Shown here piece by piece: positions 24,645 through 34,989 of a stretch of 34,989 nt of DNA. Origin of the DNA: Octopus bimaculoides. Its lineage: Eukaryota. The notes below the pieces were generated by a model. That model made no database searches. It saw nothing but the letters and a program-made list of their open reading frames with translations, and had not been told where the DNA came from. Where the stretch lies: positions 5,173,048 through 5,208,036 of the forward strand of contig NC_068995.1 of NCBI RefSeq assembly GCF_001194135.2, in the 5' to 3' direction. The position numbers and the translations under genes are program-made. Numbering within the stretch: the stretch's first letter is position 1; each line of letters opens with the position of its first letter.

Positions 24645-25070
24645 ACAAAATTAGAAACAAACAGAATTAGACATACAGACACACACGCACACGCACAAAT
24701 AGAGAATTAGAGACAGACAGACAGACAGACACACACACACACACATAATTAGAAACAAACACATACAGAATAAGACGTACAAACACATACACACACAAAG
24801 TGAATTAGAAACAGATGCACACACACACACACACAGGCACACATAATTAGTATCATAAACACATACAGAATTACACATACATGCTCATACATAAACACAC
24901 AGAGAATTAGATACAGATACACATGCACACAGACACACACACCTGCCCATAATTAGAAACATAAACACATACAGAATTAGACACACAAGCTCACACGCAC
25001 ACGTGCGCACACATATATAAAATAAGTTACAGAAACACACACATTTACAGAATTGCATACATAATCGCAG
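24645..25070. repeat. Higher-order (CA)-rich tandem repeat punctuated by AATTAGA motifs (about 100-bp units)
   Basis: Recurrent cataattagaaac..aaacacatacagaatta.ac blocks at about 24745, 24843 and 24948. Confidence 0.7.
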
Positions 25071-25302
25071 ACACATATGCATACAAACACACACAGTATA
25101 TTCCATGCTATGAAATCAAATATTCATTAGTTTATCCATAAATTTACATGTCTGGTCAACCTGTTTAATTCAATTTAACGCAAAAAAACTTGGGTTTAAC
25201 TTTTTCTCCTGAGGTTATGTAGTGGAATGTAGGGTGGCGTGGTGGTTGGAGTCAGTGCGGGGGGGGGGGGGANNNNNNNNNNGAAGCAAGGCAATGATGA
25301 CG

Positions 25303-25348
<46 letters not shown>

Positions 25349-25576
25349 GGAAAAGTGGAACATTTGGATATAGAATAATAATAATAATAATGATAATGAT
25401 GCTGCTGATGATGATTTAAGAACAAAAACAACAGGGAAAAGAAGTGGAACATTTGGATATGAACAAAAGAAAGAATACTAATAATAATAATAATAATAAT
25501 TATAATAACAATAATAATTATAATAATGATAATAACAGTAAAAATAAAAATAAAAATAATGATAATAACAATGATA

Positions 25577-25609
<33 letters not shown>

Positions 25610-25759
25610 CGTAGAAAATAAGAGGAAAGAGAAGCAGCAAATATTAAAGGAAAAAAATGAATGATTAAGAGTGAGAAGAAAGAAAAGAAAAAAAGTGAAG
25701 ATGAATAAGAATAAAGAAACAGAGGAATGAAAGAGAAGGAGAAATATGAAAATGAAAAG

Positions 25760-26075
25760 AAGGAAAACTATGATGATGACGATGATATCAATGACAACTA
25801 TGATGATATCACTTATGATGATGACTGATGATGATGACTATGATGGTGATGATGATGATATCACTGACAGCGATGATGACGATGAAGATGCCAATGAAGA
25901 AGATAACACTAACAGTATTGATGATGGAAGTGGTTATGATGATGGTGATGCTGATGAAGATCACAACAATGATGACGGTGATGATGATGATTCAGTTGAT
26001 GATATTGGTAATAGTGATGATGATGATAATGATGATGGTGTTAGTAATGATGACGACAGCAGTGATGGGAGACAG
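25760..26075. repeat. Degenerate (GAT)n low-complexity tract
   Basis: Triplet-periodic GAT/GAC/GGT run adjoining (AAT)n and purine-rich tracts at 25300-25760. Confidence 0.85.
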
Positions 26076-26149
26076 TGATGGTAACGGTGTTAGGCCAGAC
26101 AGTCATTGCGTTCCTCTGATGTTAACTACAAAACAATGAAAGAATATCT

Positions 26150-26345
26150 GTGTCATAGCTTGATCGTTCAGAAATAGCAGCCAAACCCCCTCTGAAATGA
26201 CAGCTAATTGTTTTTAGAAATAAGGAGGAAGGACAAATTGGCTCTCATAGTCCTAGATAAAACTTCCTGAAATAAAGATGGAATGGTCACAAGCAGGATT
26301 GTCTTTGGTCATACGTTAGTCAATTCTGAGCTAAACAACAACAAC
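26150..26345 (+). mobile_element. Family D repeat with (AAC)n tail
   Basis: TTCAGAAATAGCAGCCAAA...AAAGATGGAATGGTCACA...CTGAGCTAAACAACAACAAC. Confidence 0.6.
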
Positions 26346-26372
26346 AAAAACACAAGTCAGCCTTTCAACATT

Positions 26373-26404
<32 letters not shown>

Positions 26405-26407
26405 GAC

Positions 26408-26598
26408 TTTTTAATTTTGGATCAAGGTTAGTAATTTTGAGGGGAGGGGCAAGTCAGTTACATCGAGCCTACAGTACTTGAAAGGATGAAAAGCAAAGTT
26501 AATTTTGGCAGGATTTGAACTCTGAAAGAAATGACTTGGAAGAAATACTGCTGAGCATTTTGTCCAATGTCCTAACGATTCTGCCAGCTCACCACCTT
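26408..26598 (-). mobile_element. Family B SINE (array copy 1)
   Basis: Head reverse complement AAGGTGGTGAGCTGGCAGAATCGTTAG; core partly deleted. Confidence 0.75.
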
Positions 26599-26617
26599 AA
26601 TGATAATAATAATAATA

Positions 26618-26657
<40 letters not shown>

Positions 26658-26660
26658 TAT

Positions 26661-26825
26661 TCTTTTCTACTAAAGGCACAAGGCTTGAAACTTTGGGGGA
26701 GGGGAATAGTTGATTACATTAACTCCAGTGCATAACTGGTACTTAACTTATTGACCCTGAAAGAATGAAAGACAAAGTTGACCTCGGCGGAATTTGAACT
26801 CAGAACATAACAACAGATGAAACCC
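26661..26825 (-). mobile_element. Family B SINE (array copy 2, 5'-truncated)
   Basis: CCAGTGCATAACTGGTACTT...GTTGACCTCGGCGGAATTTGAACTCAGAAC. Confidence 0.8.
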
Positions 26826-26860
26826 TGCCTGAATAGAAATAATTATGATGATGATGATAA

Positions 26861-27038
26861 TTTATTTCTTTATTGCCCACAAGGGGGCTAAACATAGAGG
26901 GGACAAACAAGGACAGACAAAGGGATTAAGTCGATTACATCGACCCAGTGTGTAACTGGTACTTATTTAATCAACCCTTAAAGGATGAAAGGCAAAGTTG
27001 ACCTCGGTGGAATCTGAACTCAGATGAAAAACCACCTT
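26861..27038 (-). mobile_element. Family B SINE (array copy 3, distinct 3' end, internal 5' deletion)
   Basis: Family B core plus a different tail (reverse complement ...TTTGTCTGTCCTTGTTTGTCCCCTCTATGTTTAGCCCCCTTGTGGGCAATAAAGAAATAAA). Confidence 0.8.
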
Positions 27039-27104
27039 AATAATGATAATGATAATAATAATGATAATAATAATGATGATCGTAATAATAATGATGATAA
27101 TAAT

Positions 27105-27302
27105 CCTTTCTGAAATTTTGGTTTGAGGGGGAAAGTCGATGACATTGACCCCAGTACACAGCTGGTACTTTCGTCACCAACCCCAAAAAGATTAAAAGGC
27201 AAAGTCAACCTTGGCGGAATTTGAAATCAGGATGTAAAGATGGAGGAAATGCTGCAAAGCATTTCGTCACTCATGCAAATGATTTTGTCAGTTTGCTGCC
27301 AT
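27105..27302 (-). mobile_element. Family B SINE (array copy 4, diverged)
   Basis: TTGACCCCAGTACACAGCTGGTACTT...GCAAAGTCAACCTTGGCGGAATTTGAA...AAGCATTTCGTC. Confidence 0.75.
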
Positions 27303-27665
27303 AACAACAGCAACAACAACATTAGAAACTTGAAAATGAAAACAGAAATGAAATCAAACCCGTTGGCTATTTTGAATTTCTGGACAGTAAAAATTTTTTT
27401 TTTTCCAGGGGAGATAACTGCGCCAACGTAACTATTTGAAATGTTCTTTGATTTTATTTTTGAACTAAATCAATAAAATTAGAAACTAAATTCTATTCAG
27501 TTCAATAAATATATTTTAAGCCTACATTGAAATTTGATTATTTATTGTCTCCCCACTACCACCATCACCACACCTAGTTGAATATAATTGATTGATTAGT
27601 TCACTGGTTTTAAATAGCCTCCATATTTCATTCTTTTAATCTGATCTCATTCAACAACTTTTGAG

Positions 27666-27714
<49 letters not shown>

Positions 27715-27790
27715 GCATATATAAGTATATATATATGTGTATGTGTGTGTTTATATATATATATACATAAACACACACACATATATATAT

Positions 27791-28032
27791 GTGCAGGTGG
27801 CACGTAAAAAAACACCTTTTGAGCGTGGTCATTGGCAGAACCACTGACTGGCCCTTGTGTCGGTGGCATGTAAAAACACCCACTACACTCTCGGAGTGGT
27901 TGACGTTAGGAAGGGTATCCAGCTGTAGAAACTCTGCCATATCAGATTGGAGCCTGGTGCAGCCATCTGGTTCGTCAGTCCTCAGTCAAATCGTCCAACC
28001 CATGGTAGCATGGAAAGCAGATGTTAAACGAC

Positions 28033-28070
<38 letters not shown>
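27791..28070 (+). mobile_element. Family C element, young copy with (GAT)n tail
   Basis: Very similar to 95-314 (CACCCACTACACTCTC.GAGTGGTTG.CGTTAGGAAGGG.ATCCAGCTGTAGAAACTCTGCC...). Confidence 0.85.
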
Positions 28071-28071
<1 letters not shown>

Positions 28072-28161
28072 ATATATATATATATATATATATTCATGCT
28101 TTCGGCGTGAATGGTTTTTTTATATGGTGTCATGTTTCACAATCTTGTAAATAATAATAAC

Positions 28162-28472
28162 GGTATTTTTATATAAGCTTAAAGCTTACGGCAATCACTG
28201 TGCAATGACTAAGGAAAATAATCTAATAAAGGGACATATAAGCCCTCGATAGAAAAAAGAAAGCTTTCCTATCCATGTGGGACACAAACCCACATCCCTT
28301 TGTTAACGCGACTAAGTGTGTTACCTGTTAACAAAGGAATGTGGGTTCGACTCCCACATGGATAGGAAATCCTTCTTTTTTCTGTTGATGGCTCATGTGC
28401 TCCTTTATTAGACTAATTTCCTAAGTCATTGCACGGTGATCACCGTAAGCTTTAAGCTTATATGAAAATACC
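28162..28472. mobile_element. Foldback (palindromic) element: 146-bp inverted arms, 19-nt loop, tRNA-like centre; probable MITE-like element, class unknown
   Basis: 28162-28307 aligns without gaps to the reverse complement of 28327-28472 (20 mismatches by hand count). The right arm contains CTGTTAAC and GTGGGTTCGACTCCCAC. Confidence 0.85.
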
Positions 28473-29059
28473 ATAATATTTGTAAAACATAGTAATTCAT
28501 ATCCAGTTGTGGACTTCTGCTCAGTTACAGAGCATATACACAGGAACCAAACTGGGTACACAGTGACATCAACAGAGAAACATTTTCATTGAAAACTGTA
28601 TGTACTGCAATGTATTCTATCTATAACTTGTTATTATTTACCCATGAAGCTGCTGTCTGTAACTAGACTCACACACACACACATACAGCCAGATAATCCT
28701 TAACATTTAGTAACATTCACGTAATATCTGTCATCAGTTTCAAAACACATTTAGAGAATTTATGAGACCAGTTCAGTTTGTCAGTAAATATAATAACAAC
28801 TTTCCTATATTAAATTTCAGAGTAACAATGATTTATGGACTTCAAAACAATTTTGTATCAACTTAAGTCAAATCATAGGAAAATTCTTTTTTTTGTAAAT
28901 GGCTTTCAACTTTATTTAGGTTAACTAAAAAAATATTAGAATTACATTTTTGAAAATATAAAATATATTTATAAATGTGAATATGGAAATTCCACCAACT
29001 CTGAAATACTGACTGCAAAGAATATTACAAAAGGTTTGGTACTTGTAGAGGAAGAACTG

Positions 29060-29450
29060 CAAGAATATTGCTAGCAACCCTTAAGCAATATCCTTACTGA
29101 TCTTCCTCTAAAAGTACCAGCCTTTCAATTTAAGAGAATTTGATGGAATTTCTGTATTTACACCTGTAGCTTGCTGTTGCCCTAACAGCATCAGCTTCTC
29201 ATTTAATAAACTCTCGTTATGGGACACTGGCAACATCAACTTCTTCAAACCACACATCTTTTCTAAATTTGATGTAGACCTGTTCATGAAAAACTTGTAA
29301 ACCATTTATGCAATCTAGTCATACATTTCCCTGAGCATCATTCAAATTGAGGGCTTTATTTCATCCCATGACTCCGGTATGATATCCACAGCTTTCATGA
29401 TATTGAATTTCTTCCAGTAGTCTCTAATTATAAATTGATCCTCCCTCTAA
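29060..29450 (-). mobile_element. Tigger/pogo-like (DDE_1) transposase relic
   Basis: Frame-broken translation IRDYWKKFNIMKAVDIIPESWDEIKPS* ... EEVD ... SHNESLLNEKLMLL resembles Tigger C-terminal motifs (FWK.YNI..A...I..AW.EV; F.EVD..DV.ELL.SH.E.LTNE.L). Confidence 0.65.
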
Positions 29451-29511
29451 GTTGAGCAATAAAAGCTATATGCTATGTCACTCTCTCTCTCTCTCGCGTG
29501 CACACACGCGT

Positions 29512-29552
<41 letters not shown>

Positions 29553-29764
29553 GAGTCTCTCTCTCCCTTACACACACACCACTGTGTAGATACACAACAT
29601 AAGTAGCTACAGACTTTGCTACTATGCTGATGCTATTATTGTTGCTGCCAGTTAGATTTTCAAGAGTTGATGGGTTGCCAGTGGTGGTGGCGTTGGTTTT
29701 GGCGATGATAATGATGGTGGGGTACTGGCGGTAATTGCTTTATCATTCTTATTAATTGTATTGT

Positions 29765-29870
29765 TGTAGCTGTTTTGTCTCATAGACCTAAAATCAATCA
29801 TAGGTCTATCCCAACAGACCTAACATCAAAGAGATTTCATTCAACTTTTAAAATACACTAGGGTACCACA
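29765..29870 (-). mobile_element. Family D 3' fragment
   Basis: Reverse complement ...TCTCTTTGATGTTAGGTCTG...AAAACAGCTACAACAA resembles the family D tail. Confidence 0.35.
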
Positions 29871-30004
29871 TCATTTCATATGATTGTCTTTTATTTTAGA
29901 TGGTGTCGCTTATCTTTTTCATACCATTGTTGCTGCGGTTGTTGGTCATTAAGGAGTTGCTGGGTTGGTCTCGGTGGTGGTGAAGGTTTATATAAATATG
30001 TGTA

Positions 30005-30086
<82 letters not shown>

Positions 30087-30422
30087 CGCGCATTCTCACA
30101 AAAGAAAATATATATATACACACAGACACACAAATATTCACAGTGACAAATTTCACTTCAGACTCTGTAAGCATTTATAGCAGTGCATTTACAAACACTT
30201 GTGTGCGTGCGTGCACACACACACACACACACACATGCACACATCCAAACACACAATTGTGATTATAGTTTTCCAGATAGTTAGTTATACTTTGATCTTA
30301 GCTAAAACAGTAAGAAGTAGCATTTTGGTTAAGGAGTAAATGTAGTTTTTAAATTGTTGAAATTAATCTGAGTTTGTGTCAGAGTGAAATTACAGACCAT
30401 GCACTGAAATTAGTCATCACAC

Positions 30423-30455
30423 ATCACAGTTTGCACAAGTGCAAAATCCTGTAAC
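30423..30455 (-). CDS. Weak candidate second coding exon: VTGFCTCANCD (phase 0 to 0)
   Basis: First AG after a long (CT)n tract (ccactacgtag|G). It would extend the signal peptide of 33808-33849. The donor gtgtga is weak. Confidence 0.2.
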
Positions 30456-30607
30456 CTACGTAGTGGAGAGAGAGAGAGAGAGAGAGAAAGAGAAAGAGAG
30501 AGAGATAGAGAGAGAGAGAGATGTGGGGGCACATGGTTTAGTGGTTGAGGTGTTCAGCTTCATTTATTTTTTTGTTTCAGTCATTTTCACTGCTGGGGAG
30601 TTGTCCA

Positions 30608-30705
30608 AACTCCAGTTGTCTGTTGTGGCATGGTTTTTACAGATGGACGCCCTTCCTAATGCCAACCACTTTACAGTGTGCTGGATGCTTTTATGTGGCA
30701 CCACA
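30608..30705 (-). mobile_element. Family C fragment, preceded by a short family A 3' fragment (30567-30597)
   Basis: GATGGACGCCCTTCCTAATGCCAACCACTTTACAG...GCTTTTATGTGGCACC; TTGTTTCAGTCATT matches the family A end. Confidence 0.65.
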
Positions 30706-30706
30706 T

Positions 30707-30738
<32 letters not shown>

Positions 30739-31430
30739 TGCCAGAAAGAAAAAAGAGCCTACTTCAAAGTTCACGTGTTCATATTGGTCCTTTTATTGTG
30801 TTAAGCAGAGTTATTTCCTCCTGAGGATGAAAGAACATCCGTTGATGGAGGGGAACAAAAGCAAGTGACCCTTTTATAAATGACTTAAGTAACCAAGCAA
30901 CTAACCAACTTACTAATTAACTTATCCACTAATTAACTTATTGCCTTTCATTGTTGGCTCCTTTTGTTGTTACCACTTTCTCAGTCTTTGAATCAGTTTT
31001 TAGCTGACTAATGAAGCTTTACTACAATTATTTAAACTGTCTTGTTTCAATAGTTTCCCTCATGTAACCTTGGCAACAATGAATTCTTCTGACCCCCAAA
31101 GTTAGTGGTCATTGATCAGTGGCAGCAGCGGTGGTGGCAGTGATGAAACAAGCAAACTTTACGATTCTTCATGTTTTCACGAGGAAGCTTCGTGCCGTAT
31201 TTAACATGACTTGTTAGTCAAGCATTGCCATCAATAACAGCACAATAAACCTTCCGATTTTTCACTGGGATCGATGCATAGAAACGAACTAATCTAATTA
31301 TGTATTCGGAAATTAAACACAGCAGGACATAACTGATAAACCGAACGATTGGGAGTAGCTTAGTGGAAATAAACTTCAGCTTTTTTTTAAATACACCAAA
31401 ATATCTCCTGCTACTTACAGCTTCTTCTCT

Positions 31431-31464
<34 letters not shown>

Positions 31465-31873
31465 TTTTCTAATTATTTCTCTCTTATTCTCTCTCTCTCT
31501 AGTTTTTCTGTCACTTTCATTTCTACACACATTCTCTCTTTCACTCTCTTTTAATCTGTCTGTTTAATTGCCTGTCTGTATATGTATGTATATATGCATG
31601 TGTATGTCTCACTTTCTGCATCTATGTATGTATGTATGTATGCATATGCACACACCTACATTTGTCTAGTCTATATTTATGCTACAAAAGTATATATATA
31701 TATACACACACATACATACACACACTCACAGGCATCTATATGCATACAACATGCATGCATCATCTATGTGTGTGTGTGTGTGCATGTGTGTTTAAATGTA
31801 TATAAACATACATAAACAGACATTTACGTTTCCATGCATATGGACGGTTACAAACACACAGTCTCCTTTCTTG

Positions 31874-31919
<46 letters not shown>

Positions 31920-32246
31920 CACAAACATATATAGAGACACACATACACACACAAACGCATACAAACATATATACATACATGTATTTAAACACATGAGTGT
32001 GTGTGTATATATATNNNNNNNNNNNNNNNNNNNNNNNNNNNNNNNNNNNNNNNNNNNNNNNNNNNNNNNNNNNNNNNNNNNNNNNNNNNNNNNNNNNNNN
32101 NNNNNNNNNNNNNNNNNNNNNNNNNNNNNNNNNNNNNNNNNNNNNNNNNNNNNNNNNNNNNNNNNNNNNNNNNNNNNNNNNNNNNNTATAGGTATATATA
32201 TGCATATGTATATAAATACATGTGTGTGTGTGTGTGTATGGATCTA

Positions 32247-32281
<35 letters not shown>

Positions 32282-32899
32282 TCCCGAAGAGATTTGTTCC
32301 TCTTCATTTACTCAACCATTTCTCTCCATTTTATTGGTCTGTTTCCTACATTCTTTCACTCGCTCCTTCCCACTCTCTCTATCTCTCCTATTCTTTCACT
32401 CTGCATCTCTAACACCACTTTTCTCATACTGGTCTATCTGTCTATCTATCTATCTATCTATCAATATGCTTGTCTGCCTGCCTGCCTATCTCTCTCTCTC
32501 TCTCTATCTTAATATGTATGTATGTATGTGTTTATGTCTGTCTGTCTGTTTGTCAAATTCTCTCTCCCAGTCTTTCTCTTCTCACTTATTCTCTTGAAAT
32601 TATTCCATTCCATACCAAGTCTATCCCACCATCTCCCTTTCCTCCTCCTCCCAATTATTCTCTACCATTGATTAAACACAACGCCCAGTTAACTACAAAA
32701 CGTGAAGCATCTGCTTTAATCTTTACCAAAGACTAATTCTTTCCGAAATCTTTTAATGAAATGTTCCTGCCATAGATTCCCACAATTGCTTTCACTAACA
32801 CAAATTTACGCTATTCATTTCCTTCCTTCCTTTTTTGTTTCTTTTCTTCTTTCTGTCACATTATTTCCCATTTTTTAAAAATTTCATCTTCATTTGCTT

Positions 32900-33190
32900 C
32901 TCTTCTGTCATCATCGTTGATAACGTTGTCATTGTCGTCGTCATCATCATCATCATCATCATCGTCGTCATTATCATCATCTCCTCCTCTATTATGACCA
33001 CCATAATCATCATCGTCATCACCATCACTATCATTAATGCTACCATCATCACCGTCATCGTTGTCATCACCATCATCATCATCGTCCTTATCACTGCCAT
33101 TGCCACCATGATTGCGATCATCACCACCATCATCACCTTCACTGTCATCATCTCATTCTCTTCCTTCTCCTCCTCCTCCTCCTCCTCCTC
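32900..33190. repeat. Degenerate (CAT)n/(CCT)n low-complexity tract
   Basis: Triplet-periodic. Source of the spurious 208-aa poly-Ile/Ser ORF. Confidence 0.85.
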
Positions 33191-33300
33191 TTCTTACTCA
33201 AAATTTGTTCAACAGAAATCTGAAGTTGTGAAACAAGAAGATGAGAGTTCACATCCACATCCTGGCACCCAACAAGCTTTCCCCACATGGTCGAGTGACC

Positions 33301-33480
33301 TGTTAGAAACAGCAGCCAAACAACTGGAATCACATCTTACCAGAGCAAAAAAAAAAAAAAGGAGAATTTGGATAATAAAATCTTTTAAATATCTGGATAA
33401 AAGTAGTGGATCATTTCAGTTGGGGCATCTTTTGGTTATAAACCTGCTTGAACAGGTTTGACCTGGGGTTAAACAAAAAC
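33301..33480 (+). mobile_element. Family D repeat; an inverted family D 3' fragment follows at 33515-33590
   Basis: GTTAGAAACAGCAGCCAAA...TTTGACCTGGGGTTAAACAAAAAC. The reverse complement of 33515-33590 reads AAAGATGGGAAGGTCACAATTGG...GATCATAGGTCTG...GCTGAACAAC. Confidence 0.55.
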
Positions 33481-33807
33481 ACCATTGACCAGTGGGCTCT
33501 AGGTATAAATCTGTTGTTCAGCTTCAGATGAACTTTGATCTGACAGACCTATGATCAACAGCGTTCCAATTGTGACCTTCCCATCTTTTTCACATGTGCT
33601 TATCCGTCAAATGTAAATAATGTAAATAATGCACATAATTCCTCATCTCTTAAATATAGAACTGTATTAGGTTAATCCTTGATATCAATATTCTGAATAA
33701 ATCTCCCTTCCAAATTACAACATATATTGAGGCCGCTACATGTGGCCACCACATCGCTCACAGAGAAAATCACGATGGAATCAACAACAAAAATATTCCT
33801 CGTTTAC

Positions 33808-33849
33808 CATTATAAGACACAAAGACCACAGCAAAGTCTTCGACTTCAT
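33808..33849 (-). CDS. Candidate first coding exon encoding a signal-peptide N-terminus: MKSKTLLWSLCLIM (phase 0)
   Basis: AGAATGA start context (A at -3), basic n-region then hydrophobic h-region, donor ATG|gtaaac, in a unique CpG-retaining block (33720-34000). Possible upstream acceptor gattgttag at about 33958. Confidence 0.5.
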
Positions 33850-34989
33850 TCTTTATTATTTTTTTGTTCTTCAACGAAATGTATTCACTATCACGTGTCA
33901 AATACACACCCATGAATGGGGTAATTCAAATGTCCCTTTAGCACGAATATAAATCAGCTAACAATCGAGGACAATTGAGATCATTCAGGTTTTTAATATA
34001 TCTTACGATTTTTCCCCCTCCTTCTCTCGTAAAATATAGATATATTTCGTTTTTGCATTTGGTTTGCAAGATTCTTTATGTGAATTCGTGTGTTGAAGCA
34101 TATTTTATTATGTCTATATATTTATATAAACATATGTATACAAACATACATACATATATATATATATGTGTATATATAAAATGTTCACCAATTGTGATAT
34201 ATATACATAAATAAATTAAATGAAAGAGGAATCTACAACCAGAGCGTATAAACACAGATAGCTGTTATTACGTGAAGAAAGGAGGCATAAAAAGGAGACA
34301 AAACATATGACCACCACTACCGATGGCATATAAATCGTTCACCATCGCTATCGTCATTATCACCATCTTCCGCATTACCACCATCATCTGTAAAACACAA
34401 TCATTATCGTTTCATAGAACCCACCCCACCGCATTGCCACTACTGGTGCCCCTGCCGCTGCTATCCCCTACAACCACCACCACCACCGGCGCAACACTGC
34501 GGCCGCCATCACCACCACCACCACTACCTCTTTATTTTTCTCTTCCTTTTCCTCCTGCACCACCGTCACCACCTGCATCGACTTAGTTATCATAACACAA
34601 AAACAAACAACCAATAATGAAATCAAAATGAACGAACATAAAAAAAAGTACAAATAATGGATATTGTAGGAAACACGCACACACACACACATACACACAC
34701 AACCCCAGCACAAATAACAACGCAGACAGCAACAACAACAACATGCAAGTCTGAGACAAACTGTAATCACAGAGAATACAGCCTACAACTAACATGGCAT
34801 CATGGAGTGAATTGAAATCAATAAAGGAAAACAAACGTTCACACGCAACATATATAAGGACAGAAATCGCACTAAATATACATACACACACACACACACT
34901 GTTTATTGCCTCACAAACACACCTACATACAAAACATTCGCATATACAAGTGTATGTATGTATGTATATATATATATATATATATATAT

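Noticed and set aside
25746-26139. Asp-rich 110-aa ORF resembling an acidic biomineralisation protein
   Set aside because: It changes from poly-Met to poly-Asp across a slip in a degenerate (GAT)n tract, like the non-coding tracts at 24020-24210 and 32900-33190.
28300-28370. Functional tRNA-Asn gene
   Set aside because: No intact acceptor stem or D-arm, and the anticodon stem pairs poorly; only tRNA-like remnants remain.
28515-28660. Other possible signal-peptide continuations (TAASW; FGSCVYAL)
   Set aside because: Several short hydrophobic candidates fit equally well and cannot be distinguished without cDNA.
32835-33461. 208-aa ORF with a long hydrophobic stretch
   Set aside because: A (CAT)n/(CCT)n tract fused to a family D repeat.
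33301-33590. Tail-to-tail family D pair as a dsRNA hairpin
   Set aside because: The copies appear too diverged for long stable pairing.

Overview
AT-rich eukaryotic genomic DNA, almost entirely intronic, with dense microsatellites ((TA)n, (CA)n, (AAT)n, (GAT)n, (CT)n) and four assembly gaps. The SINE families look like those of Octopus; this is my recognition of the sequences, not a database result. Nearly all ORFs in the supplied track are microsatellite artefacts. Real coding signal is limited to a few small minus-strand exons that may belong to one gene for a secreted Cys-containing protein: a signal-peptide-like first exon (33808-33849), a 29-nt microexon (15705-15733) and a well-supported 122-nt exon (5396-5517). 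The model is incomplete and the family is unidentified. The rest is a mosaic of mobile elements. There are four short interspersed families, labelled here A and B (tRNA-headed SINEs), C (RTE-type 3' end with (GAT)n tail) and D ((AAC)n tail). There are also relics of an R4/Dong-type RLE retrotransposon, an RTE LINE, a mariner MITE, a hAT and a Tigger/pogo transposase. The most unusual structure is a 311-bp ungapped foldback (28162-28472; 146-bp arms, 126/146 identical by hand count) centred on a tRNA-Asn-like anticodon and T-arm. No prokaryotic-type systems (CRISPR, operons) are present. Repeat boundaries are approximate (+/-10-20 bp).
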